In this document: positions 1 through 11,032 of the stretch, piece by piece
Numbering within the stretch: the stretch's first letter is position 1
Layout of the letters: each line of letters starts with the position of its first letter
From: Dimorphilus gyrociliatus
Taxonomy: Eukaryota > Animalia > Annelida
Direction of reading: 5' to 3'
DNA length: 64,000 nucleotides
Assembly (NCBI GenBank): GCA_904063045.1
Contig: CAJFCJ010000019.1
Location: forward strand, 496,001 to 560,000
Made by a program: the position numbers and the translations under genes
Notes under the pieces: model-generated
Seen by the model: the letters and a program-made list of their open reading frames with translations, nothing else
What the model was told of the DNA's origin: nothing
The model's database searches: none

Positions 1-1019
1 TTAAATATGTTTAAACAAATTTTCCCGCTTTTACGGGTATTTTGAATCAAGCTATGAAAATTCTTGCAACGAATGGGAACAACTTAACGGAGGTGAGAAG
101 TGGAGGATGAATATGCAGAAAAAAAAATAACTTCTATTTGAATGATATAGAGATTTGTCGTAAGACTTTGTTAAATAAATTATAGTTCCATGTTTGTTTA
201 TTACGACAATCTTATTGAGATTATTGATGGAGTCTCTGTTGATAATTCTTAATTCTTTATATAAACATAGGAGGAGTTTGATCGTATTTACAAACATTTT
301 AATATATACTAATATATACACCAGAATATTTACATATATCTTTTGAAATACAAATGAAAAAGTATAGTTTCATTCGCTGGATTTTCATCTATTCAACATA
401 GAAGAATGGAATATAATTATCAAATATCATTTTAACTACGTATTGTATATAAATTACTCTATACAGTAGCTAAGCTTAATTAAAATCTATAAATAGGTAT
501 AAGACAATAAAAGATAAAGTTATTAAGAACATCATGTTTGGAATTCTGTACAATGTTTTTATTGATAATTCTTCTACATATTCCAAATGTAGTTGCCACA
601 GTTACAATTTCTTTGATGCGAACATAATAATAGTACATTTTCAACGGACTATTGCGACATTGCATATATACATTTTTGATTCTTTTGTTTTAACCGCGAA
701 CCTTTTAAACTTTTATAGAAAAATATTAAAGAATTATTAACTAAATAGAGAAATTCTTTATAAATATTGCTAAAACTTTTAGTGACAGTTATATTTTATT
801 TTTTTTATATATATATATTTTTGGATTGGAATTTGAAACCATGCTTTTTTTGTCTATCAAAACTCCTTTAAACTACTTCCTTCCACCCCAATCTGTGTAT
901 GCGAACCTCTTACGTTAAGACGAAACACTAATATCGTTTTATATTTTTTGAATGTTTGTAGAGTAAACTAGTAATAATTGTTTTTCTATATATATTTATA
1001 TACATTTGGAGGAGATGAT

Positions 1020-1670
1020 ATGGAGAATGAATATTATCTAGATGGAAAAAGGGACTTTAAGGACGATTCGTACCCTTACGTTGAAAAAGTTAACAATTTC
1101 TTTAGTGATGTCTGCCAAGCCGATATTGAAGTTAATGGTCTATTAGATTCCATTAACAACTTATCGTTATCATCCGATCGTAGGGAAAAGTTAACCTTAC
1201 CTCATAATTTATGCAATATTACAACCGAGTCAAGGGCTCCAATACCTACAGAGTTTGCTCATAAGCATGTATCGACTGAAGTAATTAATGAAGTATATGA
1301 AAAATTTTACAAGATGGATATAATGTATAAAAGGCTCCATAGGAAAGTCGAAGAGTTTATCCGTTTAACCCTACCACAGTATCTACAGCATCAAATTGAA
1401 AATTCGTTAAAACCTTTAGAACAAGAAAATTTACGTTTAAAAACTGAATTGTTAAGACATTTAAAACCAGAAGTTAAATCACAGTTTACTCAAACTAACA
1501 CTGAAAGTACCCAAATTTTATCAAAGACTAATATAAAGAATCAATTAAATGAAGATGAAGAGTATTTTAGAGAATTTCCAACTTTTCTACTACAAGAACC
1601 AACACGAACCCGTTTCTTTGGAAATTTTAAGAAAGTTAAATCTACTTTTAAGTTAACAAACGAAAGCTAA
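1020..1670 (+). CDS. Intronless uncharacterised protein (~216 aa) with a predicted coiled-coil segment
   Basis: Open frame 978-1670 with first ATG at 1020; protein-like composition and a heptad-like stretch (LQHQIENSLKPLEQENLRLKTELL). No family recognised. Confidence 0.5.
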   Translation: MENEYYLDGKRDFKDDSYPYVEKVNNFFSDVCQADIEVNGLLDSINNLSLSSDRREKLTLPHNLCNITTESRAPIPTEFAHKHVSTEVINEVYEKFYKMDIMYKRLHRKVEEFIRLTLPQYLQHQIENSLKPLEQENLRLKTELLRHLKPEVKSQFTQTNTESTQILSKTNIKNQLNEDEEYFREFPTFLLQEPTRTRFFGNFKKVKSTFKLTNES

Positions 1671-1937
1671 ATGAAACTATAACATGTGCTGTTTGTTTTG
1701 AATAGTAAAGGATAATTCTACATATAATATTAGTTTTTCTTCTCCAACTATGGATTATTTGATTAAGATGTAACTTATTTGTTTATTATATATAAAATAC
1801 ATTTAGTAAAATTGTATGCAATGTATAGTTAAAATAGGAAAAGATATTTTTAAATTTAAAAGTAACCAATCATCTGTGCAGTAAATTTAGAAAGGCTGAA
1901 AGCTACAATAAAGTAAACTCTCGTTTTATAGGCGAGT

Positions 1938-1953
1938 AAATCTCGCGAGATTT
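1938..1953. promoter_or_regulatory. Perfect 16-bp palindrome AAATCTCGCGAGATTT containing the TCTCGCGAGA promoter element
   Basis: Read directly from the sequence, about 80 bp upstream of the TEX9 ATG (2035). TCTCGCGAGA is a known vertebrate housekeeping-promoter motif (BANP/ZBTB33-associated). Confidence 0.5.
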
Positions 1954-2034
1954 CATGCGAGGTAAAAGAATTTAGAAGTTTTGTTTATAGTCTCAAATTT
2001 TTTAGGTAGTCAGATTCGGTTTTCAACAACTTGC

Positions 2035-2997
2035 ATGACGTCAGCAAATAACCAACATTTGAATGATATTCTTCGAAAAGAGGAGGAATATAGGCGTCTA
2101 AATGAAGAATTAGAGGCTAAAACAGCCCAATTAGTTCAAGAAGCAGATTTGGTTTTGCGAAGCCCGTCAAGTTCATTTTCTAAGCCGTCTCTTCTGTCAA
2201 AAATAGACTCAGATGACTTTTTTGAATGGAATGATGAAGAAGATTACGAAATTCGAAAAGCCAGACCAACAACACAGTCACGGAATCAGCTGAACAAATC
2301 CGTATCTAAAGCTAAAACTAAACCGGCTATTGCAAAAAAAGCAGCCAAGCCCCTAAAGTCACAACTATCTGAAGAATATCCATCAACAGAAAGGAATAAC
2401 GATGCTGAAATCCGATTTTTCAAAGCCAAAATTCGTGTTTTGCAAGAAGAAATCAATCGATCAGGTCAAGAACTGGCGAAAAAGAGAGATAAAACTTTCG
2501 AATTAACGTCAAAGCAAAAGTCTCTGGAGGATGAATTAAATAAAACTCAAAAGACTGTAAATTCTCAAGCAGCAACATTGCAAAAATTACATAAATTGGC
2601 TGATGAAGCAAAATCAAAAGTTGTAAGAGTTCAAACGGAAGTGGAAACTTTGAAAAATAAGACACAAAATCTAAGAAAAGTTGAGAAGAAGATCAACAAT
2701 AATCAAGGAAGTTTAGACGTTCAACTACAAAAAGCTCTAGACGACGCTAAGAAATATAGAGACGAATTACACGTCGTGAAATCAAATGAGAGGGAGGGAT
2801 CCGTCCATGATAAAAGGCAGTTAAAAGGTCTTTTATCCGAAAACCAAAGTTTAGAGAAATCCAAAAAGGAAATGATTTCAATATTTAATAAAAATATGAA
2901 ATTAATTGAACTGTTAAGAAAACAAAAAAGTCTTCTTGAAACTGTTAAAACTATTCCTTTTACAGAATCAGAATTTGCACGAATAATTGGTTGGTGA
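2035..2997 (+). CDS. TEX9: Testis-expressed protein 9 (centriolar/ciliary coiled-coil protein), single exon
   Basis: N-terminal LRKEEEYRRLNEELEAKTAQLVQEA, central EIRFFKAKIRVLQEEI and C-terminal KNMKLIELLRKQKSLLE...FTESEFARIIGW match my recollection of the TEX9 family. Confidence 0.8.
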   Translation: MTSANNQHLNDILRKEEEYRRLNEELEAKTAQLVQEADLVLRSPSSSFSKPSLLSKIDSDDFFEWNDEEDYEIRKARPTTQSRNQLNKSVSKAKTKPAIAKKAAKPLKSQLSEEYPSTERNNDAEIRFFKAKIRVLQEEINRSGQELAKKRDKTFELTSKQKSLEDELNKTQKTVNSQAATLQKLHKLADEAKSKVVRVQTEVETLKNKTQNLRKVEKKINNNQGSLDVQLQKALDDAKKYRDELHVVKSNEREGSVHDKRQLKGLLSENQSLEKSKKEMISIFNKNMKLIELLRKQKSLLETVKTIPFTESEFARIIGW

Positions 2998-3140
2998 TGC
3001 TAAAATGATGGATAATGTTTTTAATGAATTTTGTCTTGGTAATTTTATTGGTAATGAAAAAAAAACTGTTCAATTTTTTTGATTTTGCAAAAACAGTTTT
3101 AAGTTAGTACTGCGCGAAATAGTCTATTCAACCAGTTAAC

Positions 3141-3556
3141 ATGGCCTCTCGTGGAAAGGTCTTGACTCTGTACAAAACGATGCTCAGAGAAAGCAAAAGT
3201 TTCACTGGCTATAATTTTAGGTGTGTTGACATAAAACAGAATGTATATTTTTAAAAATGCTTTTATAGTAAAAGAACCATAAAATCTCTGCTAACTTTAA
3301 TATCGTTGTTTTATCGCTCAGAGAATTTTTTATACGCCGAACTCGAGACGCTTTCAAACAACATAAGTCGGAAACAAGTCCAGAAGTTGTGGCAGATCTA
3401 ATTAAAAATGCTGAAGAGAATTTGGTTGTGATCAGGCGGCAGGTTAAAAAATAAAATTATAACGCAATTGTTAGATTTGAAACTATATTAGATTTATACT
3501 ATTAGGCAGCTATCAGTCATCTATATAAAGAGCCGGACACTGTATTGTCCAAATAG
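3141..3556 (+). CDS. LYRM4: LYR motif protein 4 / ISD11 (Fe-S cluster assembly), 3 exons (3141-3220, 3322-3442, 3506-3556)
   Basis: Spliced translation MASRGKVLTLYKTMLRESKSFTGYNFR|EFFIRRTRDAFKQHK...LVVIRRQ|AAISHLY; GT-AG junctions keep the frame. Not present in the ORF track. Confidence 0.92.
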
Positions 3557-3673
3557 AAGATGAAATATCAAATCTACAATGTGATTTATTATTCTTGTAA
3601 AATTAACATAACTGTTTTATCTTTCAAATGTTACAAAATAAAAACACACTATTCAAAAACTATTTAACAACTT

Positions 3674-6123
3674 TTATTGACAATTTGAAAGTATCGAACA
3701 TAAACTAATTGCTTCTTTTGACAAGTCTGCTATCTGTTAACAATAAAGATGTTTTAATTGAAAAAACATTTGTACATGTATAAATAGAGAAATACATACC
3801 ATTTGATTTGGATCTAATAATCCTTGTCTAAATGCAACTGCAGAGTAGTTGATTGGAGGATCTAAATCAAAACTACAATTCAATATACATATTTTTAAGA
3901 GATTGTAGAGAGAATATCTAAAAAAAAGTATATTAATTAATTGGAGTTTAAGATAGGATTTTTAAGTTGGTCCCACCTATAATTGACTGAATATGAAAAG
4001 CTGGAATTGTTGAAATTGTTTTTCTTTAAATCCATTTGAACTTGAAAGATTTTCTCGAATAGAAAAGAAAGTAAACTCTAATGTTTTATAAATAATAAAT
4101 TAAAGCTAAAAAACATAACGAATAAATAACTATTTACCTGGAAGTTTTCTCCAGAGATGTGCTTTCCATAATTCAGGACATAAGTTATCAAAACTCGTAA
4201 ACAGGCAACTTTTGAGCACTCATTTCGTTCAAAGTTAAATACTGGTGGCTTTGAGGCATCTCCTTGTCTACAATCTTCTTTACAGTCGATAATTGCAAAT
4301 TTCAATATTTTAACAATAGTTTTATTATCAGCATGAGGCTGAATGGCAGAACAATTCTTTAGCAAAGCCTCTAGACCTGCATAAGCCGTTTTCCGAATGA
4401 TTCTAATCATTATTAGGAAATTAATGAGGACTGTTAATAAACATATATTTAATAATACCCATTATTTTGTTTGCTTCTATAGTTCGTTGTTTCTTCTAAT
4501 AGATAGATATAAATATCCAGAAAGTTTTTGTACCTAGAGACAGTAGTCTCTTTGCAACTGAGGAAGACAATTTACGAATGAAAGTTTAATGCTTGCTTAC
4601 ACAAATGCTTACGATTTTGTTAGAGATTCTAGCACTAATGTTGCGTAGTAAACGATATGATTCCAAGTTAAATTACCGTCGATATGAGGTAGCAGCTCCT
4701 CCTGGAAAGACAAGATATTTTTATAATTATTTTCAGCATATGATAGTTTAACTACCAACTTTTGAAAAGGCACAAAAGTTCACTATCCTATTTAATAGTT
4801 CAATTATAGGTGTTACGGGAATTTCAACCTGATTTTTGGTTGGAGTTCTGAAAAAGTAATATTTCATATACATATTTATGCTGTAAATAAATTAACAACG
4901 TATATTACGTCAACAGTTGCCGTAAGGTAAAAATCATTATTTCAAAGTATACAGCTGCTTTAGTAGGCGTTAATTCATCGTCATCTTCATATCTCCTTGG
5001 TTTTTTAGCAGAAGAACCATTCATATCTGGTATTCCTTCTAAAATGGGTTGGGCATCTAACTCCTTTTCTATAAAAAATTTTCTTGATTATAGTAAAAAT
5101 TCAGACGTATTTGGATAGGCACAAACCTATTTCCTTTCCTTTATATTCATCCATGATTAGAAAATCAAGTAGTTTGTGACAAGTAACAAGTAGTCTGTGT
5201 GAAAAGCGTATTTACTAATACCAATAATAAAACTAATAGAAATTGAGTGAAAAATAAGAAAAACCTGCAGCACATTCGAAAGTAAAGTTTTGCAAAAGTA
5301 TTTTCAGGATTGCCAGAGCTTCCACTAACACTTCCCATAGCTAAAACATAAGGTAACGTTTTAGCAGCTTCATAGACTACTTCTGGTTGAGGTTTTTCAT
5401 TTTTCAAAAAATTTAAGGTAAATTTCTCCATTTTCATCTATTTAATAAGCAACTTTAACTTTGTCCTTTCAAAGGTTTAAAGTACTTACTTTTAGATTAC
5501 CAATGGAATGAGGAAACACGGATAGCACTGTTCTAAGGAATATTAATTGAGCAATTGAACATCTCGTAGACTTTAGGTTTAGTACAGTTTCAAAGATACT
5601 GTTTGTATAATCTTTCTTTATTTGTGCTTTTACTGTAGGAATAGCGTTTAATTGATAGAAAAGTAAAGCAGCAACATTTAAGGATTTAGCTTTCAATTTG
5701 AAAGGTGATCCATTATTCTAAAAACGAAAAGAAAAAAAAATATAATTACTATTATTGAAATTACATTAATAAGAAAATAATTTACGTTAATAAAGTTATG
5801 AAGTAATGCTCTTAACCAATCAACAATATTTAATTCCAAGTACTTTAAATCGCAGTTTTTAAGAGCATAAGCTAAAATATCTAAGCCGTTCTCTTGTTCG
5901 TCAATATCTGATGAGTTCAGCGAATCTTTAATATTCCTAATTTGTTGGGAGTCCTGTTATTTGATGCAATAGAGGGAAAAACTTTTAGAAATTGATTCTA
6001 GTTTAGCTTTTAGGAATTTAGGAAACTAACAGCATTAACTTGAGACTTGATAATGCAACTATTTACATCTAGATCATCTTTTACGAGCCATAGATGTTCT
6101 TTTATAAAGCATTTTTCGGCCAT
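3674..6123 (-). CDS. PELP1: PELP1/Rix1-like ribosome-biogenesis protein, multi-exon, no acidic C-terminal tail
   Basis: Exons translate to MAEKCFIKEHLW..., ENGLDILAYALKNCDLKYLELNIVDWLRALL, IFLRTVLSVFPHSIGNLK, KTAYAGLEALLKNC and AFRQGLLDPNQM|IADLSKEAISLCSILSNCQ*. These line up in order with the RIX1 and NUC202 regions of PELP1. Some internal exon boundaries are approximate. Confidence 0.7.
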
Positions 6124-6449
6124 AATTGGAGAATATACGCTGATCTCTTTATGTTTATGTCTGTAAACAACAAGATATTAATGTTTTTAGATGAATTGCT
6201 TGCAGGAATTTGTGTAACAGTATAAATATACAGAATAAGATATATTTTTATGAAAAAAAACATGATTTTTTTTTAACATATTAGAAATTTCTGATAATTA
6301 ATAAAAGTTATTTAAGTTTAGTAAGTGATTTAATGATTAGCAAAGCGATTGATTCAAAATATAAAATGTTTATTTTATAAATACCCGGAGAATCAGAACA
6401 AGAATTTCTAAGATCGTCTGTTTGGTAATCTTCAAGCAGACACCATAAG

Positions 6450-6473
6450 CACGTGTTTTGTGTCCGCCATTTT
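6450..6473. promoter_or_regulatory. E-box (CACGTG, 6450-6455) and YY1-type motif (CCGCCATTTT, 6464-6473) in the PELP1/Dispatched-like divergent intergenic region
   Basis: Both motifs read directly from the sequence; function is inferred from position only. Confidence 0.35.
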
Positions 6474-6979
6474 TTTCTTTGGTAAAGTAAAAACTGCCAT
6501 CTATTGGCAAGCGAGAAAGAATAACTATATTCTGTTCTATTGAAAGAAAAAGTGAAGAATACCGCCAATTAAGCAGATGAAGATAGTTTGGGAACAATTA
6601 TTTGCACACGTAAATAGTAAATTTAATATTATGAAAGGTGGTGTATTATTTCATAGATTAAATCATTGTTTTATGAAAATTTTCACTTTATTCTCTTTAT
6701 CCTTCTTAATGAAAATGTTCGATTTTTATCCAAGTTAAGAGCATTGTGGTATAACAACGAAGTAACGTGACTATGTTCTACATGATAAATACGATCAGAC
6801 AAAAGTTTACCTAGGTTTCTATGGATATAAAGAGATTTTTGCTTACGTATATATTCCATTTTTTTTTCGAATTACAATTAATTCTCTTCCAGCAGAGACG
6901 TTGAAATAATATTTTTTATTCTTTCAATCACTGTGACTCAATGAAAAACAACTTTATTATATCATTAAATTAGACTAAA

Positions 6980-9900
6980 ATGGAAGAGGGTAAGGGAAGA
7001 ACAAACATTTGGTGCCAATTTGTGGCTAACCATCCAAAGAAGGCTTTTTGTAAGTTTTAATTGTAATATTAGCTGAGTTGCGAGCATCTTTTGTATTTGA
7101 ATATATATATAATATGTTGTGTGTACACTTTTAATAGGTTTAACTGGTACATTTCATCTGTCATTTTGCCTTTTAACTGGAATTTTAATGCTTACCGGAT
7201 ACGACTTATATCCAACTGTATTCGACGACGTTCCTTTGGACTTAACGAGCGATACTAATTATCTTAGAGGTATAGCTTGGAAAAACCGCAATATGGATGG
7301 TAATATTCTTAGTAGAGATTTGTCAGCGTCTCTTGGTACGCGAGAAGCAAAATATGAAGCTATTTATCTCTATTATGATTCATTGACAAGTGGAAATAAT
7401 GTTTTCACAAAAGATAATTTATTAAAAATAAAACAAGCTGAAGAATCTTTAAAAAATGTTAAAAACTATAAAAAATATTGTAAGCTAACTGCATCAACTT
7501 GTGATGATTTTATATCAATTATAAGGTTTTTTGATGGTACATTTAGTCAATTGAATCCAATATTTTATGATCCAGACTTCAATAATATTCCAAAAGTTCT
7601 TTTAGCAGCTATGAAATACCCTAATACAAAAGGTTTCTTACAATTTTTCCTTGGTAAAAATAGTAATATTACATCAAAACGTGCTTATTCTGACATAACA
7701 AGAACACTCTTTTATGTTGGATATCCTTTGGAGGATTTTTCAAGTATAAATGATAGAATGAGCTCTCAAGAAAGTATTATAAAAAATTATTTAACAAACA
7801 ATCTTAGAACTAGATTGGGTGAAATAGCCTCTACGGGCGTAGGAAATTCTGATTTTCTCTTTGAGAGTGTTACAATGTACACGGAAGATTTGAATAAACA
7901 GGTTATTTATGATTTACTGTTAGCTGCAGGTTCGTTCTTGTTCATTTATTGCTTTATGGCTTTTCAAACAAAATCCCTGTTTATAACGTCTTTCGCAATC
8001 CTATCAATAATAACATCATTCGCTGGGACAAACCTTATTTATCGTATTGTGTTTGACTATAAATACTTTGGTATTTTTCACGTATTATCAGTTTTTATTA
8101 TTCTCGGAATAGGAGCTGATGATATATTTGTCTTTTACGATACATGGCGAGCAACAGCGTTTCAAGAGTATCCTTCCCTTGCTCACCGTTTAACAGATTG
8201 TTTTCGAAAAGCCGCTGCAGCAATGCTTATAACCTCCATAACTACCATGATGGCATTTATTGTTAATGCTGGAAGTCCACTTTTAGCGGTTCAATCATTC
8301 GGTCTTTTCTCTGGTATACTTGTACTTATTAATTACTTGTCAGTGATAACATTTTTTCCCTGTATTGTAATAATATACCATAAAAAATGGGAATCAAAGT
8401 CTGGTATTGGTTGTTTCTCCTATTGTTACAAAAACGCAAAAGTTGATGATACAACTTCTGAGAAACATACTAAGAAAAATATTGTCATTCGATTTTTTTC
8501 CACATACTATTTTCACTTTATTACTCATAAAATATTCAAATGGATAATCTTATTTATTTACGCAACAGTAATTGGATTTTTTATATACTTTGCAACAAAG
8601 ATCCAACCTGATGAAGAAGCCGTAAAGATTTTTAAAGAAAATACTAATTATGGTAAAGCTAAAATTAGACGCTTGAATGCTTTTTATCCAAGCGAAAATG
8701 ACGGTATAATCAGGGTGTATATGATTTGGGGTTTGAAAGAGCAAGATCGTACTAATTGTCATAAAACTGACTTTAAAAATTGTAAAGGTAAAACAGTATG
8801 GGATTCTGGATTTGATTTAAATCCGCCACCAGCTCAATTATCAATATTAGTGAGTCAGAATATACAATTATATAATAGTATCTCTTTTATCATTTATGTC
8901 GAATTATCTAGAAATTTTGTCAACACCTCAAGAATCTACCAGATAGTGAATCTGATAAATTGAAAATCCGTAAAAGTAGTAGGGACAACAAGATGGAAGT
9001 TAGTTGTTTCATGAGTGCTATGGATAGAGAGTTTCAGAATCTGTACAATTCAACAACTACCCAACTTCCGTTGACAGAAAGCAAAATGAAAATATTTATG
9101 AGGAGTCATAATAACTTGTATAATACCAACGCCCTTCCTCAAACATTCTACAGATATTTTGAGGTCAGTGTCAATATTGCTTTTTGACTTTTTAGTTTAT
9201 CGGATTAGGTTTTATTGGTTTGTACTGAATATATAATTTTTCTATTAGACTGGTCTAGAATTTTGGTTACAAAATGGTTACAATAAACTCAATTACGATT
9301 ACGAAATTTTCGCAGAATTACTGGGTCATAGTAAAGATGGCGATAATTCATTAAAAATTAGCAAAGGCGGTAAGACATTTCTACAGTAGTATAATTGAAC
9401 AGGTTATTAAGTCAAGAATAATTTGTTCAAGATCTTTATTATGGAACAAGATTACGATACGTGGCTATAGTCGCTAATACTAGTTTACCCTATGGGGCCC
9501 TTGGGTATCAAACAGGAATTCCCATATCCGAAGAATGGGAGAAATTCTTCAATGCCCAGGTCTAACAAACTATTACTTGTGTTACTTTTTATGTTTTATA
9601 TAACATTGTAATAATAAGCGATAGTTTTTATCAGAAAGAAGAAATGCATCCATCGCTTATTAACGGCTTTCAAACGACCCCAGAAAAAGATAACAATATG
9701 TGGCATTGGTTTAGAGTTCAAAAGGTTGGTAAATAATGAAATATTAAATTGTACTAGGACATGTAGAACAACACAGAAATTGATTCGTTAGAAGCTCTCG
9801 AATGATAATCATTTGTAACTGAAAGCCTTGTTCTTAAGAATTTAAGTGTCATTGATTATTTAGTATCCTGTGTTACATTGTTATAGAATCCATTAATATT

Positions 9901-10600
9901 AGATAATAATCTTTCATCTCCTTCTACATAGAGCTTCCGGAAAATATGATTTGAAAGCATTTTTGTTTACTTAAAACAGGAGCTGGCCAATTCAGCTGTG
10001 CAAGGTATACTGGTTGGAATATCGGTATCTTTTATTATCCTTGTATTGGCTACAAAAAATATCCTTATGGGTTTCATAGCAACTTTTATTATATGTTGCA
10101 TTACTGTTACAGTTGTTGGTCTTATACCCTTGTCTGGTTGGAAGTTAGGCGTTTTGGAATCATTAAATTTAACTTTAGTTGTTGGCTTAGCTGTTGATTA
10201 TGTTGTTCATTTGGCTGAAGCATTTCACGCCTCCGAGAAAAAGGATAGAATTGGAAAAGTTCAAGACATGTTAGAAGGAGTAGGAATTTCCGTTCTGTCT
10301 GGGGCTTTAACCACTTTAGGAGCAAGTTTATTTATGCTATTCGCAAAGATACTTTTCTTTATGCAATTTGGTATATTTATGTTTGGCACCATCAGTTTTT
10401 CCCTCTTCTACGCCCTTGGGCTATTTTCAACAATATTAGGTATAGTCGGACCAGTCAATGACTTTGGTTCAATAGTACCAATCTTCAAATTTCTTAAAAG
10501 ATTAATCACTGGAAGGAAGGAATCTGATATTGATTGTACTAAATGCAAAGGAAAAGGCTTTATAGGACATGAAAACAAAGTTATTGTTGAGAATTCCTAA
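6980..10600 (+). CDS. Dispatched-like RND / sterol-sensing-domain multipass membrane protein, multi-exon
   Basis: Two RND halves with signature helices GIGADDIFV (TM4) and GLAVDYVVHL (TM10), many hydrophobic segments and large luminal loops. First exon MEEGKGRTNIW... ends at a GTAAGT donor; the ORFs at 7119, 8960 and 9998 are its exons. Confidence 0.85.
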
Positions 10601-11032
10601 CGTTAAAAATAAATATCGAAAACTGTTACAAATGAATATTATATTATATTCAATGCATTCCATTTTTATTTTGTTCATTAACAAATACAGCACTTGATTA
10701 ATTGAAAAGAAGGATCTTTATGCCCTGTGCTACCTGATTATGATATTAAAAATAGTAACAGTAGCAAGAAAACACGTTAGGCCTATAGTAATTTTGGCGT
10801 TAATCTTTTGAGCTCTCACTATAAAAAGAGAAATTCCAAATTCGAAGTAAATACGAATGAAAGGCAGAAATTTATTAATTTCAATAACTTCTTTTATAAG
10901 TTAAAGCTGTTGTGTAAATACTCCTTCATTAATTATTATAATCTTATCTATTTATTGAGCATTTGAACATAGTTGGCCGGTTGTCGTCCTTCTCACTCTT
11001 AATAGAAATATGAACAAAACGAACGGAACCTA

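Noticed and set aside
1-740. Possible 3' end of a gene at the window edge, and short ORFs 52-321, 480-665 and 534-740
   Set aside because: I could not build a frame-consistent spliced model; the ORFs are low-complexity and AT-rich.
6308-6597. Two overlapping minus-strand ORFs upstream of PELP1
   Set aside because: No recognisable protein. The ATGGCG context coincides with a YY1 motif and opens only a 12-codon frame; more likely promoter or 5' UTR.
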